Origin: Trichoplax adhaerens
Taxonomy: Eukaryota > Animalia > Placozoa
DNA length: 64,000 nt
Assembly (NCBI RefSeq): GCF_000150275.1
Contig: NW_002060948.1
Span: 310,001 to 374,000 of the forward strand
Direction: 5' to 3'
The position numbers were made by a program, and so were the translations under genes. Every line of letters starts with the position of its first letter. The first letter of the stretch is position 1. The notes beneath the pieces are model-generated. The model worked only from the letters and a program-made list of their open reading frames with translations, did not search any database and had not been told where the DNA came from. Shown here in pieces: positions 17,801-29,960 of the stretch.

Positions 17801-20800
17801 ATTTGCTATATTCTTTAATGCATCGCGCAAAGCCGCTTCTGGATTGCTGACAGGCTTTAACTCTTCAACCGGAATAACGGTATTGCCGTCTTTGACTGCA
17901 GAACTATGTGATACAGCAGATGTTCTCTGTCGTCCGCTAGTATCGTCGGAAGGTGCTGATTCGTTGGCTTGATTAGATCTAACGGCCAAAATCAAATTAT
18001 ACGATCAATTATAATCTGTGTACTTGCTTATACGACATGAAAGTAAAATCAAGTTTTTTCATCTTACGCGTTTTTTGTTAACGTCCGAGCTCCTACTGCG
18101 TGGCCGTCTAACGTACTAGGTGCTGCGTAAGTGATAGTGTAAAAGAAGGGAATAAAATCGATGAATATCGTTCTTGTAATCGTTAAGGAAAGGGGCGATA
18201 TTGATTGAAAAGCTTAGGAAATTATGATCAAGATTTCTAGCTACCCTACATGTCGAAATTGACAATAATTGTAAATGCATCTCTATCGGTTACCTTGTGT
18301 ATCGGATAAGCGAGAAGAATGTTGGTCTGCTTTTCGTTGTCTTACTTTCTCAAGACGAGGTTGTTCTCTTGCTTTCAAACGTTCTTGTGTTACCTTTGAT
18401 AATGTAGTACTGACTGCTGGTGATTCCATTTCGCCATCTTGCGACGAATTTCTCATGCGTTTACCAACGAGCGCTGACGGCATGTTACCGGTTATGTTTT
18501 TATCGACCTATAGCAACAAGATTGCAAACAACGACGGTGAGCGAATGATAAATCATTTTGTAATTGATCTTTTTGAAATATCTGAGTTGCAAAAGGTAAC
18601 ATTTTTAATCACCTGTTGGACACTATTGCGCCTACTATCACTGCCATTAGCAGAATAATTGGCCATAACACTAGACGATGCGCCTAATTTATTTAACATT
18701 TTATGGCCCACTACCATAACATCGTCTTTATCTTGTAACGATATGGACTCTGGATAATCTTCGCTAGAATTTTTATGGGATGGAGTTATTGTTTCATCAT
18801 GCAATTGTAGTTTCCTTCTTGGATTGAGTTTTTTATTACTAGGTGAAGGATAGGTTTGTAAATTATCCTCAGAGTTGCCAAAATCGGCCATAAAATGAAG
18901 ATAGGAATCAGTATTAGCTAGTTTTTTAGCTAAAGCTGGAACAGGTGGAGAACTGGTCCTTGATGTACTATCATCGCTGCGATTGGAAAGGCTACTGGGA
19001 TTTTGTGAAAGTTTTTGTTCGCCATAGGATGCATTAGAAGCAATATCATTAGAAGTAGTATTCGTAAAATAGCTCAAATTTGATCCAGTATCACTTAATT
19101 CGCCGCTATCGTGAGATATTTGTGATCGTACACCTGTCCAGCTCCTATTTCATAACATAGCAATTGTTCGTTTCGTGTTAATAACGATATGTCATAGAAT
19201 AAATTGGAGTGGCGTTGCCTTAGGTACAGGATTACTAAAATTTTAAAAATATCATTACACCCTTCAAAATCGATACTAGCCTATCATCGCCATCTTGCAG
19301 CGTCGACCCCAAACCGCTATCAACAACCTGTGATATAGATGATTTTCCTGTTTGGCTTCGAGTTGATTCTGCATTGGACCTTCTTGAATCTATATCTCGA
19401 TTAACCTGCAAGATATTATTTTAAAAAATAGTAGCAGGATTATTGAACCGATAACACTTCGGTATCGCTTAGTTTTGATTGCAAAATTGCTAAGATTAAA
19501 GATTTGATATTAATAAGAAGGCAAAGAATTGACAAGCTTAGATAAGTTTGATAAGAAATTTAAAGTACAAAGTGGTAATAGAAGCCACGTCTAATGACTA
19601 TAAATATCTCTACGGGTAGCTACTGGAAACTTGTGATGCAGTTTAAATCATTAACGGATGCAATATAGATTTCATTACGATGGTTTCGATTCCTTATTTT
19701 TTTATGTTAAAATAACGTCTTAGCTCTAAGTCAACTCAAGGATAATAATGAAAAGCTCAAGGTTCAATTGGAATAGTCGTAAAGCGCCCTAATATCAATT
19801 TTACATATCTCAGCCTAATCCATGTTATTAGTGGCTATAATACTAGGCCAATGTTCTAAAAGGAATGTATTAATTCTGTAGACTTACATCAGATGATTTG
19901 GATTCCTTGGCAGGAGTGTCGTTACCTGCTAACGCATTACTTCCTGTTTTAAGAGATTCTTGGCTATTAGTATCATAGTGCATTTTTTTTAGCTGTTTTT
20001 TACGCCGCTGTGCAGAACGAGCTAACTTTGGTTTCATAGGTAATGGTGAGGAATCTTCTGCTTGCTCATGACTGGATTCGCGATCTAAAGAGTTTACACG
20101 ATTTACATCATCTTTACTATCTTCATTATTCGTCATTTTAGGCCATGTACTAGATAAACTAAGGCCTTTAGCTGTAGAATCGGTTATTTCACTCAATTCA
20201 TTACTAGGTAAGGATGGATAGAATAGTTCATTTGATGTTGTTTGTCCATTTCTATCCACTAATGACGATTCGCCATCCTGAATAAATAATTTCTTAGCAC
20301 GAATACTAGTAGTGGGTGATTTCTTTCTGTTTTCATGCCCTAACGATAACTTTGAGTGTTTCTCCAACAGGTTTTTGTCTTTAATTTTTCCACTGCTATC
20401 AAGGCTTGAATGATGCTGCAATAAATCAGAATCACTTTTACTATCCTCGTGGGAATCCTTGAATAAATTGGTAGGACTCTTTTGTCCAATAGGTGCCAGA
20501 GGTTTAACCATTCTAATCTAAAAGTTCATTTAAATGAAAAGATCTAATTATTATAAATACTTTCCATATACAGTGACGATAAAATTACCGATGATAATTA
20601 TAATTGGTACGTCTTTGGAGAAAAAACGTAAAAACATGGCTTGGGCATAAAATTTAACCTTAATGTATGACCTATTTTATGATAGACGATTATAATAGTT
20701 GAAAAATAATGAAATCGTAACTAAAGAAAAATGCAATCTATTTTTTATAGTAACTAAAGCATGAAGTCAAAATCTTGACAAAAATCGATGGACTTGTTCA

Positions 20801-23800
20801 TTATCATTATTTTTGCAAGAATATACTAGAGAAGAGTCTACATTGAAAAATCAGAATTTTACTTTTGAAATGGTATGATCGGATGCTTGTATTAAAAATG
20901 GAATCATATTTTACATAATTGATGCCGTCGGCTATACAAGAATCAGTCTTAGCTCAAGCTATGAAAACCGGATGTTGCTGTCAAAATCTCATTAGCGCCA
21001 TGACAGACTATTTAATTTAATGAATTGAACTAGTTGTAAACGCAAAATTATTAATCGATAGCCATTCCTTGAAGTCTGTTTTATGAAAAGTCGATTGTAG
21101 AAAGCTGGACAAAAATTCCCGTTTGATGGATTGAAATAATTATAATTGCAAAATTGTTTAGTTAATAATTGATGAATTAAGAGTTGTAAACACAAAATCA
21201 TTCGTTGACAGCTAATCATTAAAATATATTTCATGAAAAGTATATTATAGAAAGTGGCATGAAAACTATTCTGTAATGAAGTTGCTGCAGTGAAGATTCG
21301 TAATGTCCATGATATAAAAGCTGTCATTCTCAAATTATTTAGTACTATGGCTAAAAAAATTCATGGGTATTTTCAACTCCAATATAGGATGAAATAAAAG
21401 AAAAGGCTAACAATAAGTATTAATAAATCCTATCCATTATTAACAATATTTTAAAAATAGTTTCTTTAGCAAGATCGAGATCCTTTAGTCTAGAATAGGG
21501 AATTTAAGTGACAAATGGCAAAAAAGTAAAAATCTGTTGTAACCTTGATCAATAGTTAAGTACATCAATATCTCCTTTGAATCTATTCATATTAGTTTCA
21601 AACTTCTCTGCAATAAAATAGACAGTGATACAGTATTTAGTCTAAAATAATAATAATACTAGTCTGGAAAGAAGGAAATTTAAGCCTATTCGCACGGATA
21701 AATCCCGAGTTTTTAATAACTGTCTGCTTTAATTCAGACTTTTAAAACTCTGCAATCTAATAATAAGACTCGTATATATTGATCGATTCGATCTGTTTAT
21801 AACTACTGTATGTTAGATAGTGTTATGGCGATGCTTAACCAAAATAAATACAAGCATTAAATCATTTTATCTTTCTGTTACTCATAAATGAAATTATTAG
21901 CTCATATACGATATCCTTTAACAAGTATAGTCATAACCCGATAGTATTATGGCGAGCAAAATACTCTGTATTTTCTTTCTCATCTCTCTCACTCAAAGAA
22001 GACAATTAATCCATAGCCACTAACATTAAGGGTTAAAACAACGCTAGTCTGTAAAAAAATAGCCTGATTAAACTTATCACTGTGCCCGTTATAGAAAACT
22101 AATTGTAGATTCACAGGCTAAATTTTATTCTCGTTCCATCTAACTGAAAGGAAAAAGTCAATTGCAACGATAGAATATGAAGAAACACTCAACCGTGAAC
22201 ATTAAAAGAAGGCTAGTCTATGACAATATAAACTAAACTCTCGATATGCTCGTTTTAGGAGATAATCTAGAGATAACGACTTAAATTAATGCCGTAATAT
22301 CATCCCAACTCGGATAAGAAAGTCGATCTCAACGAAAAAAAGCAAGTGTTATAGTAAGATGAACAAACTGAATCATCAGGAAATTATTGATATAAATTGT
22401 CCTAGTTTTACATATTTGCCCAATTGTGGTATGTAAGTACACAAAGATAATGTACAACAACCGTAATACTAGATGTTAATTAAATAATCTGGAGATATAG
22501 AGGCAAGCCAACATAAACGATGTAAGTTAATTAACAAGTTTCAGGATTAAAGCCAATGTTAAAGTAACGACGTATTAATTAGAGCAAAATTATCTTGTTG
22601 TCGACGTCCGATGCCCAATCATCGTTAATTAACTTTATGACGACTATGCTTGATCAACCATAGTATTTAAAAGAGGATTATATTGAATTTAAAAGAAATG
22701 ATAATGTTATAGTAGCGAGATATTAACTAGAGCAAAATTTATCTTGTTCTCGACCAGGATCAATGAAGTCCGATACCTCAATCATTCTTAATTAACTCAT
22801 GACGACTATGCTCGATCAGCCGTAGTATTTATAAGAGGATTATGTTAGATTTAAAAGAAATGACAAAAGCATCGCACAATTGGCCTATAAATCTTATAAA
22901 AAGAATTATCTGCCTTTCTTCTGAAGCTAAAAGCAGCAGGTAGATCATTCCATTAATTAAGCAACTTTTAGATTTAATAGAAAGCGATAACATGATTGTA
23001 CATAGTTATTTAGGAGTAAGTACCCGCGTAGGCACTTGTACCAACAATTGGCTCATGAATCTTGATGAAACAATTCTTTCTTCTACTGTTAAATATATTT
23101 ACTACTAAATCAACCTCCAATGTTGGAGTTAGAATATTTCTTAAATCAAGCGTAGCCAATTTTTACATGTGGTATAAAGCGATAAAGTGATTAAATGTAA
23201 TTATTGGCGACTAAACAGATGTACGAAATCATTACATTAGGTGTACATGGATTTATCATGATGTAATCGAAATTTTCTCTTCAGACATTCTCTTAGCAAT
23301 CGAAGTCATATCGATAGCCGCTTTTATAGCTGATGCATAGGGTAAACCTTTAATTACATTCACACAGGGATAAATTAGAATTGCGCTAGTATGCATTTCA
23401 GTGTGAATACTATATGCGATAGACTTCAAAAGGATGTTTTATAAATCAGTGAGAATATGCTTAATTTGTTACTGAAAGTGCTAGAATTATAAACGGCTGT
23501 CCTTAGAGTTCAATCATTTTTATTCTTCGCGGTAGTCTATAATATCCTACTATGGTTTGATTAAATCTTTTAAAATTAATTTTTTCATGAATAAAACCAA
23601 CATAGTGCAATGCCACCTTATTTAGTGAGAGACAGTGGTAAAGTTTAGATTATCTTCTAGCTAAGCAAATAAAGTATGGATTTTGTTATAAATCTCCTTG
23701 GAGAAGGAAAGTAATAGTGAAAAATATTCGTATAGATTGATATCATTTCTTACTCATATTACTATCAATTTTTGTAGCAGTACTTAACATTATCGTAACT

Positions 23801-26613
23801 GTTCAATAAATTACTAGTAATTAGAACTTATTATACAATGTATAACATTCAATCTTTATTGCTAAAGATTTGTTTTAATTGTTGAATATTATACGTAGTT
23901 TCTCCGATCTATCAATTCAGATCATTTCCTTATAGTAAAAATTTGCTATTGCTAATTCTAATTAATATTATTTTTTTCCTCAATCAGCAAGTATTATAAT
24001 GATGTATTGAAGTTACGATTTCTAACATAGCGAAATTTTTAATGATGACGAATTTCAGTTGTCATTGTATAATTTAAGCCGTGATAAAGAGTCACGCATA
24101 AAAGTCATTTTATAGCCCTAAAAATTAGTTAAATCTTAATAAGTTATTAAAGTTATTGTATTCAAACTAGTGCATTCCTCTTCATCATCACATCGAACGA
24201 TGGCGAATTTCCAACTGTAATTTTATAACTTAAGCTGTGATAAATTGTTACGCATCTAAGCTACCCGATGACCATTAAAATTAATTGAGCTGTAACGGAT
24301 TATCTATAATAAGATAATAAAACTATTCCAATTGGTACATTCTTTCAATATCACGTTCAACGATGGCCAATTTCAGCCTGTAATTTTATAGTTTAACCCT
24401 TGTTAAAAAAATCACGCTTACAAGTTACGGTACATTTTCTTCCAATATCAAATTTAACGATGGCTAATTCCAGCCTATCGTTTTATATTCAAGCCGTGAT
24501 AAATTTACCACGCTTTTAATCTATCTCACAACCCTAATAAACAATTGATTTTGAATATATTTTTACAATATCATAGTGAATTGGCACAATATCTTTCAAG
24601 ATCAATTAAGGGATGGAGAATTTCAGTTTTTCCTTTTATTATATATGCCTTGATAAATGCGCGTAGTTACGCATCTCAGTCCCTTCGTAACCATGAAAAA
24701 ATTACGATATTATTGTATTTTAAAGGATTATCTGCTTTCCTGTATTTAAACTATTTCAAGTAGTACATCCAATATCATGGTATAATTGAAAGTTATGTTT
24801 AAACAAGATCAATTTCCTTCCACAATTCATTTTATACCGTAATTAATACTGTGACAAATAGTTACGCTTATTAGTCATGATAGCTATTAAAATGAAAATT
24901 ACAGTATTGGATTTTAACGGGTAGTCTTGATACATCTACGCATTGTCGGTATACACTATACTGTATTTAAATCATTTCCAATGGGTATAATCCCTTGAAT
25001 AGTGTAGGATAATTCAATAATGATGACTAATCCTGAAAACAAATCTGTGAAATAAGACTAAAGGAAAATAAATACCACCCAAATAACCTAAAAGATTGTG
25101 AAGTAGAGTAATTGATTTGGCTACATTGATACATGGCATGCCCTTCCCACCTAAAACCTTATCGTCAAAATTGAAGGGTTTTACTTCAATCATATGAAAA
25201 TTGTTCAAAACGATCATTTAAAAAAAATTAAACTGTCGAATTAAACGCAACATAAACCAAATTTATCTGTGTTGGAAGTAGAGTAAGAAATCTTGAACAT
25301 TAATGAATATTTCTACCGGTACTCCAAATCACGCCTGATAAACTGCTGGGTTAAATATTCAACTTACGTCGTCTAACGATGCGTTGCGATTTGTTTTGGG
25401 TTTTTCAGGCGATCGTGGAAAATTATTGACAGGTTCCCAAGGTAGACGAGATATTCCAGCACTATGATTCCTTCGGCCACTATTAACGCGTGGATTTTCC
25501 GGTGATGATATTGAACAATTAGATTGAGATCTTTCGTAAGGATCAGGCCCTTCTCCTTGTAATATCCACATAATATCGGCTTCCATATTGTTGTCGCGTT
25601 TACCAGTTGATTTCGCCGATGTCGGTAAGGCATGTGGATAATGAACAAGATCATCAACGCGAGCTAATTGCTTACGATTAAGGCGTGTTGTCACAACACG
25701 ACATAGGCCAGGAATATTTTGATTATTTTCTATTTTTGTAACAATTGCCATTAATTCACTACGCCGACTATGGCCGAATAATGAAGCTAAAACCGCTATG
25801 GCTTCCAATGCTGCTTGACGTACACGACGTGTTGGATCAATTAGTGTCGGTAGAATAACTTGGGCTGTTGCTGTTAAATCGAAGTCAGTACGTGGATATA
25901 ATGACATAGCAGCAATGTAGATATTTAAAATTTCTTCTTTACGACGTGGATTATCGTCATTTAAACTGGTAGCCGCAATGTCTAGTATCGTTTTAGGTGA
26001 TGATTTCTGTATCAAGCAGAGGATCACTTTTAAACTTTTTTGTCGCATCACAGTATTACTGAGAGCGCCTAATTTATTAACTAAACCGCGAGTGAGTATT
26101 TTCAACGCTGGTCGAATAGATATATTTAAATTTCGAATAACACTATGAAGGATATCATAAGTAGATAAGACTATCCTAAAGTTAATATCGTCAAGTAAAT
26201 GAATTAAAAAATCAGCAAATCCTTTAAGATGCGATCGTATTTTTTGATAATCGTAAAGGCCAGAAATAAGTGAATGTAATTCTTCGATGCCCTTAGCTCT
26301 CCATTTATATTCATGATGTTTAGTATATTCAATAAGATGAGATGGTATAAAACCAAATTGTAAGTCACCTTCATTATTTTCATGTTGAGAGTTATCGTTA
26401 AAATGATGACCTGGAGGAATACCATGTTGAGGTGGCGACCCTCTACTAGCATCATCATGATATTTATGACTATGAACGTTATTCTCTACTTCATCTTCAT
26501 CTTCTTCTCCTACTTCGACATCTTCGTCTGATTCCTCATCTTCTTCTTCTTCTTCTTCTTCCACTTCTTCTTCTTCTTCCACTTCTTCTTCTTCTTCCAC
26601 TTCTTCTTCTTCA

Positions 26614-26644
<31 letters not shown>

Positions 26645-27491
26645 CTTCTTCTTCTTCTTCTTCTTCTTCTTCTTCTTCTTCTTCTTCTCTTACTTCATCA
26701 TCTTTTGCTTGTGTGTTATTATCGCCATGATTCATGTTATTACTTAGTAATGGTTGCTTACTACTATTACCATTGGATTTATGATTTACAGAAATTGGAT
26801 CGTCTTCTTGAGTAAGAGGCGACGATGGATCAGCATGCAGATTGGTTAAATTTTTATAATACAGTCGAAGACGATTAGGCAAACGTTTAAGATAAAAGGT
26901 AAATTTCTCTTCACCTATTAAACTACGAATTTTCTCTACACCTAACATAGGAGTGGTAACATCGCCATCAGGATCATTTTGCAATTGGACCATTAGCCCA
27001 AAAAATAGCTCGTACATATCGTATTGGATAAAATCATGCGTTAATAGCACCGGTAATGCAGCTATACACTCTAATCTTAATCTAGGCATATGACTACAAA
27101 CTCCATGTTCTGCTAGCATGTCAAGAATAGATTGGACATGAGAGGTCGATTTCATAATCATATGGATTGTAGCAATGGCTGAAGTTTTAATATTGGCTTT
27201 GCTATGGGCTAAGTTCAGGATTAACGGTTGTATAATAATTTCCAAGTGATTGTCGATATAGGCCGATTGGCTCGGATAAATATCGCCTATCAATTGTATC
27301 GATTCCAATCGAACACTCCATGCATCAGTTGACAAGATATTGGATAGTAAGTCGAAAAATTGAGACGGTTGAGTAATTTGAAGTCGTCCATTTTCACGGC
27401 GTAAATTATTTCGTAATTCTTTAATATATTGGACACGTTTTCTTTCGTTGGTCTCTCTCTTCAAGGCAGCAACTAAGCCGCTATCGTCCAT
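14829..27491 (-). CDS. TOGARAM1: TOG array regulator of axonemal microtubules (TOGARAM1/FAM179B/crescerin), ~1780 aa. Exons 27491-25368, 20517-19888, 19405-19281(donor uncertain), 19144-18613, 18507-18294, 18122-18068, 17978-17687, 17588-17502, 17404-17256, 17169-17011, 16905-16779, 16648-16542, 16454-16241, 16116-16072, 15827-15656, 15557-15471, 15058-14829
   Basis: A large first coding exon carries two HEAT/TOG domains (LQFGFIPS...YKWRAKGIEEL...LLDDINFRIV...DPTRRVRQAALEAIAVLA). A Ser-rich linker follows, then TOG3 (PEWETKHKGITLIRRL...VKNLRSQIVRNAC...HKNAVIRKATA) and TOG4 (WTDRSTAIEQL...VFDKFTPRLTDSMSKVNIKALGAL). Splice phases are consistent through to TAG at 14831-14829. Confidence 0.92.
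22574..22865. repeat. Tandem duplication, ~150 bp x2, in TOGARAM1 intron 1
   Basis: attaa(t/c)tagagcaaaatt...atgacgactatgct...atttaaaagaaatga occurs twice. Confidence 0.9.
24030..24880. repeat. Degenerate tandem array, ~6 units of 100-200 bp
   Basis: Recurring core aacgatggcgaatttc...ttttata...gtgataaa...tacgc near 24040, 24197, 24358, 24456, 24610 and 24830. Confidence 0.75.
26488..26700 (-). repeat. (GAA)n repeat encoding a poly-Glu tract; pure (GAA)24 at 26616-26687
   Basis: Long TTC run on the + strand, in frame inside TOGARAM1 exon 1. Confidence 0.95.
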
Positions 27492-28091
27492 GATTACTTC
27501 TTAATAATTGACGGCCAATACATTACATTGACATCGATAGAGGAGATGAAAATAGCCAATCATTGCCGATGCCAACACTTACCATCGGTTCATCTACGAT
27601 CATATTAAAATAAAAAGGCCGGACTATTAGAAGATAAAAAGTAGACTAGACCATTGAATTAAAATGGAGAGAATTTTAGAGTAAAAGAAGAACAATTTTA
27701 AATAAGAGTTAATTAAGAAAGAGGGAGAGAAAGAGAAAAAAGAGTACATTTCTAGCTATTCTATCTCTTTCTATAGCTTACCTTTTAAGCTAATCAAAGT
27801 GTTATCTAGGGTGAACGATGATGAAATACTCTGAAGAAAATAAAACTAGTGCTAGTAAAACAAGGGCTGATTAAAACTAAATTAACTCGATGATCGATTG
27901 ATTTGTAGTTGTGGATTTTATTGAAATGACAAATGAGAATAAATAACGACTCGTTTAATGGATGTTTAGTTGTTATCAGCGAGTAACAATATGGTTAAGT
28001 GATGATATTACTAGATAGAACTTTAGTCTCAATTCTAAGCTTGATGATGTTATGATGATGATGATGCTAATTCCCACTAGTTGTTGTATGC

Positions 28092-28105
28092 GTTGCCCTG
28101 GTAGT
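28092..28105 (-). promoter_or_regulatory. Candidate RFX X-box upstream of TOGARAM1
   Basis: The minus strand reads ACTACC-AG-GGCAAC, fitting the relaxed RYYNYY-N2-RRNRAC consensus with a perfect GGCAAC half-site. It lies ~600 bp upstream of the ATG and beyond probable 5'UTR donors (GTAAG on minus near 27581 and 27781). Confidence 0.5.
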
Positions 28106-29254
28106 TTATACTAACGACCGTGAAAATTTTCCATCAGACACTAGAATATATTATTCAGAGTAAGGAAAGAATGACCAAGCACCAGACCAAATGCTATATA
28201 AAGAGTACAATGTCCAAGTTGTCGATTAATACACAATATGGATGAAAAAAAAAAGAAGGATAACCCAGACTGGCCCTTATTACCTTCTATAGACTAGAGA
28301 ATACATTCCTATAATAGACTCTAGTAATGGCTACCACTACAGTAAAAGAATTGTCCTAATTGTTTCATATAGAAACGATTACGTCGGTTGCGAAAAGGGA
28401 GCGTGGTTTGAACTTTTGCCGAATAATACAAATCAAGCCATGTACCCTAATGAATAAGAATGCTCTCCATGTTATGATAGGTTAGCACTAGTGTTGGACT
28501 AGTTAGTAGTATAAAATTATATTAGCAATCTATCAAAATTAAGCCAAATAATGGCGTTATGACGAAATAACAAAATCCATTGTCCAACAACTGTTTTGTT
28601 ATATTATTTTTGTGGCAAATAGTATTCAGAAGAGAAATCAATCAAGTCAAATCTTTCCCCTCCCTAGTCGTATAGTATGCTTGCAAGATGTCATATCTAT
28701 TGATCAACTCAACTGAAAAGATTGGATTGATTTGGGTTTTTCTCTCTCTCACACTATCTTACAATTCATTCCATACATTGCTTCCATGCACAACAGGATA
28801 TCATGACATGCCACTCCATCAATGATATTTGTTATCGATACTGATCTATAGCATGTATGGCTTTAAAGTATTTCCAAATTGATATTAGAAAAAGAAGGGA
28901 TAGCTTGCTAAGGCAGAATCAATAAAATTAGCCAATCTTGGATAGGGTAAAGTAGAAACTGGTAATAATCACTAGTATGATAGCAAGATAGTAATCGATG
29001 CAATTAGATATGGAAGAGCATCATCTACTGTAGGATACGAATGGATGCCAAAAATTGATATTAATCCTCTTCTGATAGAATGTCCATCTGAAGAGAAATA
29101 ATATCATGAGATAGAAATTCAGGTGACAAGCAAAACTCGCCCATAATCGCTATCTAAAAAAATTGCAACAGGCTAACTGTCTATTACTACAATCCAATGT
29201 TGCTACAATACATGCTCATCATCAATGTATATCAGCTAAATTTGCTAATTAAGT

Positions 29255-29960
29255 AACATGACTTAATCATGCTGGTGAAAGACAATCTAAATATTCTATA
29301 CTCTGTTAATGATAACGCACTTGCTTCCCTATTTCCTTGACATAATAATATAACTATGCAAAATACTAAACAACCATATTTTGATCCTGGTCCAATCTGT
29401 CAACACAAATTATCTTAATTTGCCCGTTAAGTATCATGACCCAATCATACTGATGAAATACAATCTAAAATATTATATACTCTATTAATGATACAGCACT
29501 TACTATCCATTTCCTTCATTAACACAATATAGCTATGCAAAATAACAAAACAACCACATTTGATCATGATCCAATCTGTCAACGATATCGGGACTATCTT
29601 GTAGCACTACAATAAGACCTTGATCGTAGCGTATATTGAACTAATCAAAAATACGAGAACTATCACATTAGATCATGATCCAGCCTACCAACGATATCGA
29701 GAATATCTAGTAACACTGCAATAAGGCCTTAATTAATCTTAACCTATATCGAACTATCCAAAATACTGGAAAAATCACATTCGATCATAATTCAATCTAC
29801 CAACGATGCAGAGACTATCTAGTAACGTTGTAATAAGGACTCAATCGCAACATATATCTAACTCTCCAAAATATTAAAATAACCACATTCGATCATGATC
29901 TAACGGCCGATGATGTCAAGACTATCTAGTAGCACTGTAATAAGGCCTTGATTGTTATGT
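29255..29960. repeat. Composite tandem array (2 x ~180 bp, then ~4 x ~110-120 bp)
   Basis: Recurring cacattcgatcatgatccaatct...caacgat...gactatctagt...taataaggcctt. Confidence 0.85.

Noticed and set aside
29255-29960. Regularly spaced repeats superficially resembling a CRISPR array (also 24030-24880, 44720-45160)
   Set aside because: Whole units including the 'spacers' are homologous, the context is eukaryotic, and there are no cas genes.
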